This document shows, in pieces, positions 1 through 10,728 of a stretch of 64,000 nucleotides of DNA (within the stretch, counting starts at the first letter, position 1; each line of letters begins with the position of its first letter). The stretch comes from Balanoglossus misakiensis. Lineage: Eukaryota > Animalia > Hemichordata. The notes beneath the pieces were generated by a model. That model was not told the DNA's origin. It saw only the letters and a program-made list of their open reading frames with translations, and made no database searches. A program made the position numbers and the translations under genes. The stretch lies in contig CM082594.2 of the NCBI GenBank assembly GCA_040954595.2, forward strand, positions 1,568,247 to 1,632,246, in the 5' to 3' direction.

Positions 1-576
1 ATCAGTCAATACCTACATTTTTATAATCCGTCAATACCTACATTACCGCATGGAAGATGGCACTAGTCCAGATTTGAGTGGATTAGCAAAAATGGGATTT
101 TTTCACCAGCTTAGTAAAGCGAAAACTGGATTGACGATTGACAATTCAACTAGTCGGCCTGAAGTTAAATTATCTTCCATATTGATCTTTCCACAGAGAA
201 GGAAGTTCCAGATTATTGCCTGACTGTGGGAGGTGTATACAACTCTGTGATAACCATTCCAAGTGATACCAACCAATGTATCTCATATTACGAGTCGAGT
301 CTGCTTGGAATTGTGCAGTCTGTTGAACCACTGTTGTCGGTCCTGTGTAACTCGATTGAAGACAGTGTTGAAGTGACTATTCAACAATGGCCATAGTAGA
401 CTCCAATCAGGTATTATTATCTGTCCTGCTGGAAAATTTTACAGTTTTATGCTGAAGAAGAAGGTTGATGTAATCCTTTATTTGATTTCTGTCGTTACAT
501 TATTGTACAATGTGTTACCCTAAGGTTGGGTTCTCCAAGGTGTGTCATTTTTAAGAAGCATTATCTTGTTATTGGA

Positions 577-888
577 GGGACAAAGTCTCTCGCTCGCTGC
601 CGTTTTCCCATTAATTATGTTTGATACAAGACACAGTTTATGTTATTCTACATGTGGATATATAGTGAATCATCATTTGACCACACACAACTTCCATCTT
701 GTTTGTAGGATATGAGAGTAAAAACTCGCCCAAAATGAATGAATGGTATTCATTTTTCGCGTGTTTTTTCACTGTCGCGTCTACAAGAGGATGGAAGTTG
801 TGTGTGGTCAAACATTGATTCTCTATATATCCACATGTAGAATAACATAAACAGTGTCTTGTAATTGTATCAAACATAATCCCTTTAA
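577..888. repeat. Dispersed non-autonomous DNA element (Kolobok-like), related to copies at 31313-31653, ~58910-59000 and ~59580-59745
   Basis: Shares GGGACAAAGTCTCT, ATATAGTGAATCA..CACACAACTTCCATC and CCACATGTAGAATAACATAA blocks with the other copies; ends in CCCT-TTAA. Confidence 0.55.
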
Positions 889-1769
889 ATGCTCCATAAT
901 AGCTTTATCTTTTTGCTACGTTTTCAGTGTGTTTGTTTTGTGTATCTACTGCAGTTTCTTGTTCAAATACCTGAAGAATCATAAAATGTTGAGCATTTGG
1001 CTTAATATCAACACAACATATATGTGAATGGTCAGCATTGTTATTGTGCAAAATTTAATTTCAGACTAGAATTCATTTGTCAACAATAACAATGGCTGTT
1101 ACACGCATACATGATAAGTACTGGGTATAGTAACATGCTGTTTGGAGTAGAACAAGAAATAGCGTTTGATACACGGAAGAAAATACTGAAAAAAAGCCAA
1201 AAGTTACAGCTATTTTGTCCTTTTAACCCATTAAACCAAACTTTCTATTTGGTGTTTTTCATACCGGTAGGTGAATGCAACAGTTGCCATGAAATTACTT
1301 GCAAAGACAGACAACGCAACAAGTTTAGATCTCCAAACCTGCGGTGATAGTATAATGAGTGCAATTACAACTCAGTTCAGTCAATTCAACAGTCTCATCA
1401 AAATCGAGGCAAATGGTGCTTGTCCAGAATTGAATCTGTCAGGAGCCCCAACTAATGAGTTCTCAGGATGTTGCTGTCCATCTGGAAAGATTTTCAGTGG
1501 CTGTTATTGTTGTAAGTATCATCAATCCAATATACCTTGAACCAAGAGTCTAAGTTTATGGTGTCAATTACTTGTCAACTTATAAATATTTTCATCCCAA
1601 CCCACTAGTGACTTATACTGGTGTACCATATGCTTCGACATATCTCCAAGGCTTACATGCATATACACCTTACACAACAGCTTATAAACAGCATCATTAT
1701 CATCACAATTTATCCTGATATAATTGTTCATAGACAGTTGCTCCGAAAAAATGCATAATTTAATTAGTA

Positions 1770-1954
1770 CAGTAAAACCTGTCTAAACTGAACCCTGTCG
1801 AATCTGGAAACCTGTCTAAACCAAACACATTGTCCTGTCTCTTCGACATACATGTAGAACACCATGTTAAAAGAAAGTCTATAAAACCAAACACCTCTGC
1901 AAACTGAACAGTTTCTTCAGTCCATTTGGTGTTCAGTTAAGACAATTTTTACTG
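1770..1954. mobile_element. Tc1/mariner-pogo-type MITE
   Basis: TA|CAGTAAAACCTGTCTAAACTGAAC ... GTTCAGTTAAGACAATTTTTACTG|TA: imperfect TIR with TA duplication. Confidence 0.75.
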
Positions 1955-2952
1955 TACTGGTATATGTGTCACTTCTGTGCCTTGATGAGTTAAAGGGAAG
2001 AGGTTGTCCCACCGCGTGGGTGTCCTCCTTGATGAGAATATGTCCTCCAATACAAGCACAAACCCCACTGCAGTCGTCAAGACCTACTAGGATCTTCAGT
2101 TTCTGTCATGCCCAGTCTATGCTGCGGTTGGCTGCTTTGTTATTCATCCTAAGAATTATCTATTTTCAGAGATTTGTGGATGCATTATAATGTTTATAAA
2201 CAAACAAATGCGTCGCGATGACCCCTTCACTTTAAACATCTTTGTCTTTTTAATCTGTTACATCGTAGTGACGTGTACAGCTGGAACTTATGATACAGGA
2301 GATGAATGTGCTAGCTGTCCTGTTGGATCTTATCAAAATTCCGCTGGTCAAACATCATGCATTACCTGTCCATCAGGTTATAGTACACACGATAAACACA
2401 GCAAGAGTCAAGATGACTGTATTGGTAAGAGAAATAGTCTATAACAAATACCACATCATCTCTGATGAGCTAGCACTGTGACTGACAGACTCGTTTATTT
2501 TATTCCACATACGGTTTTGGTAACACGTACAAACGAGATTTTAAAAAAAGCCATTACATGAATACTTTGAATTTTACAGATCGCACATCATGCAAACAAG
2601 GTGCTTCTGTTGGATGTAATTGTAAAAAGACTGTGTTGCTATTGACTTCTCTAGATTTCAATCTTTTTATGACGTGATGATTCAAAACTAAATAGTACAT
2701 GCAGTTTATGAATATATAGTGTTTAAGGTCAAATTGTGATCTTTTTTTAACTTTTAGAGTTGTGCAAACCTGGCTATTACTCAGATGATGGTAAAGCTCC
2801 ATGTACACAATGTGTGCAAGGATCTTATCAACCAGATTATGGTTCTACTGATTGTCATCTGTGCCCAAATGACACGTCAACACACGGGGTAGCAGTTGTA
2901 GGAGAGAGTTGCAAAGGTAGGAAGATTATTTTACAATGCCAAGTTTTTATTG

Positions 2953-3296
2953 GGCCAAAAAAATAGTATATGCTGTTCCGATTACATGGTTTTCAGAAAT
3001 AGGGTAGGTAGGTAGGTAAGGATTTTTTTTTATTTTGCGATTTTTTTAGCTCTCAATGTGCATTTCACATCAGAAAAAACTATAGTGTAGAAGAATGACA
3101 TCATAGTCCTGCGTGATGTGCGCGATTTCGTCATAGTTCTCGTATGATTTGCGCAATTTTCATAAATTTTGTATGTTTGACAACAATGTTTTTTTTTTAC
3201 TTCTGGGTTTACGAAGCTCTAAAAAGTTTAGGGTCAGCAGGTTATAATTAGGGTAGGTCGGGTAATCGGAACAGCACATATTTTTTTATTTTGGCC
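2953..3296. mobile_element. MITE with GGCC termini in an intron
   Basis: GGCCAAAAAAATAGTATATGCTGTTCCGATTAC ... GTAATCGGAACAGCACATATTTTTTTATTTTGGCC inverted repeat; TSD not clear. Confidence 0.65.
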
Positions 3297-4479
3297 TCAT
3301 TTCATCTTTTCCAGGATACAACATCATATTAAAATTTCAATTTGTATTTAACTTCCAGAAAAATGCACAGTTGGCTCATATTCCAACACTGGTCTTGAGC
3401 CATGTGTACTTTGTCCCCGTCACTATTACCAGAATGAGAGTGGTTCCAGAGAATACAACCCATGTCCAACAGGACTGCGTACAACGCATGAAGGTGCCAA
3501 TAGTTTGGATGACTGTATAGGTAGGTACATTTAGCATAAAAATTGAAGGGTTTACTTATATATTGATTACATATTCTTTTCCTATTTCTTGAGTTTCTTG
3601 CAAAAAAAAAACATATTGACCAAATTTGATCATTATGGTTTTATGTTTACATCGTTTATTTCTGTTATTGATATATGCGAGTACATGTCGCCTTGTTTGA
3701 ATGGTGGTACCTGTACCAACACTGCAGATGGTTATAGCTGTCAATTCTCAGCACATTATATTGGGTAAGCAGTCGAATATGTTCTCTTGGTATGTTAAAG
3801 TGTTTTATCATACATGCAAAACCTGTATTTAACACTTTCTATTGTTCTCGCCCCGAAGATATTATACGGTATTTCACAATGTGAAAATATCGCGTCCGCG
3901 TCTCGGCGCGACAGTTCGCTGCACGCGCGAGCGACACACGAGCCATAGGACTCTAGTGGAGAGGGGTGTTGTAAAATTCGGTTATTAGAAGCTGTAATAA
4001 AGTTTTCAAAGCTGGCGGTTTTGTCATGTTTAGTTCTTCGAAATTCTCAATGCAAAATAATTGTTAACATGATATTTTGAAAGAGAACGTAGACAATTTT
4101 ATTTAGAATGCGGATGTGCCCATCGTAATGAAAGCTGCCAACCCCCTTAAAATGATACTACGGCCCACACATCATACATCACAACATGGCTACTGCCGTG
4201 ATCTCAGCGCCCGGTTCAAATTTGAAATTGTTTTTCTCGGCGCATTTTCGCAAATCGTACTGTTTTATAGGTAGGCATGTATGATAAAGGGGTTATTACA
4301 CGAATTTTGGTCGATAACGCGACGCATTCTCGTGATGTCCGTATTTTGACTCGTTGCGCAGCGCAACTCGTCAAAATACGGACAATCACTCGAATACGAC
4401 AGATATACCTAATATATATGCACCAGTATCGGCGCATTTTCGCAAATCGTACTGTTTTATAGGTAGGCATGTATGATAA

Positions 4480-4625
4480 AGGGGTTATTACACGAATTTT
4501 GGTCGATAACGCGACGCATTCTCGTGATGTCCGTATTTTGACGAGTTGCGCAGCGCAACTCGTCAAAATACGGACAATCACCCGAATACGACGCGTTATC
4601 GACCAAAATTCGTGTAATAACCCCT
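4480..4625. repeat. Palindromic (fold-back) miniature element, with a partial duplicate at ~4238-4429
   Basis: AGGGGTTATTACACGAATTTTGGTCGATAACGCG ... CGCGTTATCGACCAAAATTCGTGTAATAACCCCT around the centre GTTGCGC-A-GCGCAAC. Confidence 0.8.
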
Positions 4626-4695
4626 AATTATTTGCGCAAGTGTGCACATACATTGTACAGATATACCTAATATATATGCACCAGTATTTATTTAA

Positions 4696-4836
4696 GCAAT
4701 AAAACACCCCCAGCCATGGTATACCACGAGATTTTGACCAGTTCACGACATATACGCACGAGCGATAGCGAGTGCGTATATGGAGTTGAACTGGTCAAAA
4801 TTGAGTGGTATACCATGGCTGGGGGTGTTTTATTGC
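4696..4836. repeat. Second palindromic miniature element
   Basis: GCAATAAAACACCCCCAGCCATGGTATACCAC ... GTGGTATACCATGGCTGGGGGTGTTTTATTGC with inner arms TTTTGACCAGTTCA/TGAACTGGTCAAAA. Confidence 0.8.
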
Positions 4837-4946
4837 TATTATATTATGCCAGTATATTGAAACTTTGCATAAAACATTTTAAAAAGGCATTTTCTTTGAC
4901 TATGATATATGACTGTGGTATATGGCTAATATATCACGGTCACATA

Positions 4947-5407
4947 GTATAGGGTCAAAATTTCTTGCCCAAATTTTGTATGACCTCAGGTGACCTTTGA
5001 CCTACTTTACCATATCTTGGCATCCAGAGCAGGTACAGACTTGGCGTTTGGAGGGTTGAGACTAAAATTGAAAAGGCAACACTGGGGGTCACCTGTGACA
5101 CCTGCCTACCTCATTAATTACGTGCATACCTAATTCCAGGCTAACCAATAAGGTTATAGGTTTGTTTTTTGTTGAACATAGACCAGTATAGGGTCAAAAT
5201 TTCTTGCCCAAATTTTGCATGAACTCAGGTGACCTTTGACCTACTTTACCATATCTTGGCATCCAGAGCAGATATGCTTATTGCTATGTTGCTATGTGCT
5301 ATGTTGGCTTGGGCCCGCTATTGCTGCTTGCAGCTATATTTAGGGCACAAGCCCAGCAGGCTTGTGCCCTATTGTTAGGGCCCAAGCCCAGCAGGCTTGG
5401 GCCCTAT
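4947..5407 (+). repeat. Start of a Helentron/HINE-like modular repeat array: 3' end of one unit plus a duplicated 5' hairpin of the next
   Basis: Satellite units containing GGTGACCTTTGACCTA, the end motif GGGCCCGCTATTGCTGCTTGCAGCTATATT, then the hairpin TAGGGCACAAGCC-CAGCA-GGCTTGTGCCCTA twice. Confidence 0.6.
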
Positions 5408-7873
5408 TAGTGCGGTATGGTATGTCATGAAAAACAGCTCCCGTAGGATTTTTGTGCTAAAATTGATTTTTTTGCTGTTTTGGCTTCTATGGGGACCCAA
5501 CTACCCGAAAATGATGGGGTGCAATTTTAAGGGCCCCTCCATCATATTTTTCTGGGGGGGGGGGGTACTTCCGTTTTGTGGTATGATTTGGATTTTTGTG
5601 CTAAAATTGATTTTTTTTGCTGTTTTGGCTTCTATGGGGACCCAACTACCCAAAAATGATGGGGTGCAATTTTTAGGGCCCCTCCATCATATTTTTCTGG
5701 GGGGGGGGGCTACTTCCGTTTTGTGGTATGATATGTATTCCCGTAGGATTTTTGTGCTAAAATTGATTGTTTTTGCTGCTTTGGCTTCAATGGGGACCCA
5801 ACTACCCGAAAATGATGGGGTGCAATTTTTAGGGCCCCTCCATCACTTTTTTTCTGGGAGGGTACTCCCGTTTTTGCCTCCCCGAAGATATTTATTCACC
5901 TATCTACTCTACAATTTTCTGCTAAAGAATTTTTTTGCTGTTTTGACTTAAATGGGCACCCACCTAGTCACAAAAGATCACATGCACATTTTAGGGCCCC
6001 TCTATTACATTTGTGGGAGGGGGGCACTTCCATTTCGACAATCTTAACGGTATTTATTCACCTATTTCCTGTATTCTCGTAGGAGTTTTTGCTGATAGTT
6101 ATTTGTTTTGTTTGCTGTTTTGGTTTCAATGATGAATAAACACCCCCAAAAAGATGGAAATCAATTTGTTGGACCCCTCCATCACATTTTCTTGCAGGGG
6201 GGTCACCTTAGTTTTAGCAGCCCTGGAGATATTTGTTCATTGATCTAACCTTCATAGTGTGACATGTGTATTTGTAAAGGATTTCTTCCAATTTCCTTTT
6301 TTTTTGTTTCAACTTCTATGGGGACCTAACTGCTCAAAAATGAGGGAGGTCAAATTTTAGGGCCCCTCCACATTTTGGGAATCTCAAATATTAGACGGTT
6401 TATGGGGTAAACATATCAGTTATCTACATTTGTATCAGTTGTCACATATACTACAGCGCTGTCTTAGTTTTATAAATATACTTAGTTGAATTATGACTCT
6501 AACAAATCAACCACAAATATCTCTCTGATTTGGACTAATATACCTCCCCTCCATAATATACCTCCCCTCACCTAGGACCGCCACCCAACTCATCACCACA
6601 CTCATGTTTTCTATGGTTTTCAAAAGTATAGTATACTAGGCTATACCAAATAGTATAATATATTAGGGTTACTCTTTTTTCTCTTTCCCGGGGCAATTAG
6701 TGAAAGTCTGTGTAGATGTGAACTTTTTCGTTAAGAGTTGTTTATTCTTTCGTAGCATAATCAATGTCTGAGATATTTACCATTGTACTAAAATTCTCAT
6801 CGATATCAGTCTGTGCAAAAACTCTGAAGTACGTTTTAGTTCAACACTTGTTTTTTGGGGTATTAAAACGATATTCAGTTGAACTCATTTCAAAGTTAAT
6901 ACTTTCGTAAATAAAGCCTGTGAAGTACATATCAGTTGAAGTATTGTCTATTTTAAAGTAGTATTTTCAAAATTTTCATGCCAATAGCGTAATAGTGCTG
7001 TAAAAAGCCCTTGAATTATGTCTTACCTCTAAAACTTGTTTTGGTAAACATTAACAATATCAAATTTGGCTCATTTTGTAGCTCAATACTACTGAAAATA
7101 AAACAAGTCTGTGAACTACATCTCAGTCTTATTACTAAATACATATTGGCTACTTTCTTAGCACCGTAAGCCGCGTTTTACGTTCCAGATCGATAGCTAT
7201 TTGGACATTTTGCAATAAACTACAGAATTAATATGTCAGATAAAAACAAGATTTGCGTGATCTGTGAAAAGGGTGCCACCCCTTCATCACAATGAGGGAT
7301 AAATCATACGCAACAAATTGTCCTGAACTTCCACCAATCGAAAAGAATGGGTGGAAATCGGAGAATGGCGTGTTTTATCTAGTAAAATGTCTTGCTCTCC
7401 CTGCACCAAAGGCAGTACTAGAGCTTATCAAATGTGGCTGCAAAGCAGGTTGTAGGGGACGTTGCAGTTGCTCAAAGAATGATTTACCATGTACTCCCCT
7501 CTGCAAATGCTATGGTGGAGACTGAAAACCAATTAAGGGAAAATGTTCTTGAAGATAACGACACTGACGATGAGTAGATCAAACAGAACTGGTTTTTGTG
7601 AAAATTATGATTGAGAATACCAAGATATCAGAAAAGAATCGTTATGCTTCTTGGGTTGTTTATTGCACCTTCCGTGGTAGGGAGGGTGCCTCAAGGGTCC
7701 ATTTTATGAGATGGGACTGTAGCTCGGAAAGTAAACTAAAATACACATTATGTACTTTATTATATATAAAGGAGTTTTAATTTACCTTAGTATACTAAAT
7801 TAAGAATAAACGAAAAAATCTAAGATTAAAAAACAACTGTTACAACGGGTTGGCGAAAACAAATATAGAGAAC

Positions 7874-7904
<31 letters not shown>

Positions 7905-8905
7905 ACCAAAAAAATGTGGTAAAGGGGTCCAACATTTTGCACACCATCACTTTTCGGCAGTCAGTCTGCATTCAAGCCAAAGGAGCAAACCAAATTGCAA
8001 GAAATACCACGACAATACTAACCGTATAGTAAATAGGTGAACAAGTATCTTCAGGGTGGCCAAAACAGAAATGATTACCCCCCCCCCCCCTCCAAGACAT
8101 GATGGAAGGTTCCAAAAAATTGAACCCACCCCATTTTAGTTCTGGTGGAGCCCCATTGAAACCAAAACATCAAAGAAAATAAAAAATTTCGCAAAATATT
8201 CTATGAGAAGGGAGTAAATAGGCCAACAAACAACTTCGGAGTGGCCAAAATGGAAGTGCCCCCCCCCAAATAAAAAATGATGGAGGGGCCCTATAATTTG
8301 CACCCTGTTATTTTTGGCCAGGTGGGTCCCTTCCAAAGCAAAAACAACAAAAACAAATTAATTGTAGCCCAAATTCCCGTGATAATAGAGTAAATAGGCC
8401 AACGAACAACTTCGGAGTGGCCACAATGGAAGTGCCCCCCCCCAAATAAAAAATGATGGAGGGGCCCTATAATTTGCACCCTATTATTTTTGGCCAGGTG
8501 GGTCCCCTCCAAAGCAAAAAAAAAACAAAAACAAATTAATTGTAGCCCAAATTCCCATGATGATAGAGTAAATAGGTGAACAAATATCCTCGAGTGACCA
8601 AAACAGAAGAGACCCCCCGAAAAAAATTGATGGAGGGGCCCTAAAAATTGCACCCTATGATTTTTGGGTAGTTGGGTCCCCATTGAAGCCAAACAGCAAA
8701 AAAAATCAATTTTAGCACAACAATCCTACGGGAATACACATCATACCACAAAACGGAGTACCCCCCTCCAAGAAAAATATGATGGAGGGGCCCTTAAAAT
8801 TGCACCCCATCATTTTCGGGTAGTTGGGTCCCCATAGAAGCCAAAACAGCAAAAAAATCAATTTTAGCACAAAAATCCTACGGGAATACACATCATACCA
8901 CACTA
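5408..8905 (+). mobile_element. Internally deleted Academ-like DNA transposon with long repetitive TIRs
   Basis: Termini TAGTGCGGTATG / CATACCACACTA and 3-bp TSD TAT; removing it restores GCCCTATTGGTATTAC, also seen at 15418. Roughly 1 kb of inverted tandem subterminal repeats. Confidence 0.75.
7233..7525 (+). pseudogene. Academ-like transposase remnant: short N-terminal CxxC piece joined to the C-terminal Cys cluster
   Basis: MSDKNKICVICEK directly followed by LPPIEKNGW...PAPKAVLELIKCGCKAGCRGRCSCSKNDLPCTPLCKC, a CXC/tesmin-like tail typical of Academ proteins; the catalytic core is absent. Confidence 0.65.
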
Positions 8906-9160
8906 TATTGGTATTACTGGGGTTTTTCTTCTACTTCTTCTTCTTCTTCTTCTTCCATATTGGTTGACTGTAAGAAGTAGAGCTCCTGAATTGTGGTATT
9001 TTTTTCTCCACTGTGGACGGTGTTCCAGGAAAGTTTGACATTTTCTGGACTGATTGTCTACTGTTTCTCCGTGTGTGCTTTTTGGGACCTTTTCGACGAG
9101 GATTGCTGTGATTGCGGCAGATAACTGATTTGGTGCTTGTCACCAATCAGACCTGCCAAT

Positions 9161-10726
9161 ATGGCGGCCGGACGGGCTTGGGCTCAGTACGGCAACGACG
9201 TTACCCTGACAAGGCTGTCTATGAAAAACGCGTTGAAGATTGAGAGTCTGGAGGGGATAAGTGTGAACACCTATGTGGAGAAGATTGCGGAATTGGTTGA
9301 GGTTAGTGAAATTCTGGCTGCCTCCAGAATGAATAGATCCGTGGTCGTGTTTTTGAAAAATATGCAATCGGTTGAAATGGTTTGCGCCTCAGGACTAACG
9401 ATTGGCGAAGATTTTATACAGCCCCAACCGATGGTGAAACCAGCGACAAAGGTAATCCTTTCGAATGTGCCACCATTTATACCCAACGATTTGCTTGCTG
9501 AACGTTTGGAGTTATATGGAAAGGTCATTACGCAGAGTTTCCGGTATATTCCGCTGGGTTGCAAAAAGGCCGAACTCAGACATGTCAAGTCATTCCGACG
9601 CCAGGTGTTTGTGGTGCTTAAACAACAAACCGATATTGATGGTGTTTTGAATATTCTTTGTGACGGACATTTTTACCCTGTGTACGTGTCAACGGAGAAC
9701 GCTAAGTGCTTCCACTGTAAAGAGGTCGGACATTTCCGGAAAGACTGCCCTGTTCTTGCCAGCGAAAAGGAGACCACAGGACTTAACACCGAGGACGTTA
9801 ATACACATACGGATCACCAACAGGAACAAAATACCACATCAATTGAAAACACCAGCGATTCTTTACCGGTACATTCCAGTCAATATGTTGAAGGAAATAC
9901 ACAACCCAGCCAACCTGATGCTACAAATACAGAATTACAGTCTTTCAGTGTCATCGATCATGATACGCCAGATGAAATGGATTCTGAACAAATACAGGGT
10001 GAGACATCATCACCACGGATGAACAAGCGTGACAGATCGCCGATCCCTGCTGACGACTTGACAGAGTCGCATTCAGAGAAGAAACGGTGTGAAATGGAAG
10101 AAAATCAAGAACAGTCTCCATTAACGTGTGAAGATAATGAACAGTCTAATGTGAGTGACATTATTGGTGTTTCTGATGAAGAGAGGGTACGACCCCCTCC
10201 TTCAACTCATGATGTTCAGAATGTTTCCTCTGTTGACAGTGTTCCCTCCTCCGAAATACATTCCATTCCTGAGGAGTCCCCATGTTGTTCTAACGCAGCA
10301 GCTATTGTATTACATGAAACAGGCAGCAGCCAAGAAAGCCTGGTTTGTTCTCAGCCATCTTCTTTTCCCCCTCCTTCAGGTATTCCAGTTCATAATGCTT
10401 TTGGTGTTTTATCAAATGATAGTGAGACCATGGACGACGATGATACTGTTTCACGCAGTTCTTCGTTATCTGATTTGTCAACCATGAGTGAATTGTCTGA
10501 TAAATCGTCTGTTTGTTTGTCACAGAAATCCTTACTTGATTTCATAGAAGATATTAAGTATTCTAAAAAACCTATTGAGCAATCACAAGAATATTGTTCA
10601 GATTTAATGCTGTTAATGAAGTCTCTTTCTCACGTACTGAAAGCTGGTGTTCTTTCTAGTAAACAGAAAACCCGTGTAGGAAAACTAGTTAAAAAGATAA
10701 GAATGTACGTTAAACATAACCATTAG
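9161..10726 (+). CDS. Tx1-type ORF1 (RNA-binding, CCHC zinc knuckle)
   Basis: ILAASRMNRSVVVFL, KVILSNVPPFIPND, HVKSFRRQVF and CFHCKEVGHFRKDC, followed by a long disordered region; first ATG at 9161. Confidence 0.92.
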   Translation: MAAGRAWAQYGNDVTLTRLSMKNALKIESLEGISVNTYVEKIAELVEVSEILAASRMNRSVVVFLKNMQSVEMVCASGLTIGEDFIQPQPMVKPATKVILSNVPPFIPNDLLAERLELYGKVITQSFRYIPLGCKKAELRHVKSFRRQVFVVLKQQTDIDGVLNILCDGHFYPVYVSTENAKCFHCKEVGHFRKDCPVLASEKETTGLNTEDVNTHTDHQQEQNTTSIENTSDSLPVHSSQYVEGNTQPSQPDATNTELQSFSVIDHDTPDEMDSEQIQGETSSPRMNKRDRSPIPADDLTESHSEKKRCEMEENQEQSPLTCEDNEQSNVSDIIGVSDEERVRPPPSTHDVQNVSSVDSVPSSEIHSIPEESPCCSNAAAIVLHETGSSQESLVCSQPSSFPPPSGIPVHNAFGVLSNDSETMDDDDTVSRSSSLSDLSTMSELSDKSSVCLSQKSLLDFIEDIKYSKKPIEQSQEYCSDLMLLMKSLSHVLKAGVLSSKQKTRVGKLVKKIRMYVKHNH

Positions 10727-10728
10727 TC

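Larger units (their letters stand above)
1271..3764 (+). pseudogene. Exons of an SVEP1/SCUBE-like extracellular protein (ephrin-receptor-like/GCC2-GCC3 Cys-rich repeats plus EGF), probably decaying; exons ~1271-1511, 2269-2424, 2758-2916, 3359-3520, ~3665-3764
   Basis: GT-AG, phase-1 compatible exons translate to CPVGSYQNSAGQTSCITCP, CKPGYYSDDGKAPCTQCVQGSYQ, CTVGSYSNTGLEPCVLCP and an EGF repeat ICEYMSPCLNGGTCTNTADGYSC. Two expected Cys are replaced (EYNPC, SCQFS) and the EGF exon acceptor reads TCTG rather than TCAG. Confidence 0.7.

Noticed and set aside
197-410. Additional upstream exon of the Cys-rich gene
   Set aside because: AG/GT bounded and plausible, but the long frame hits stops before the donor, so it could not be supported without assuming a frameshift.
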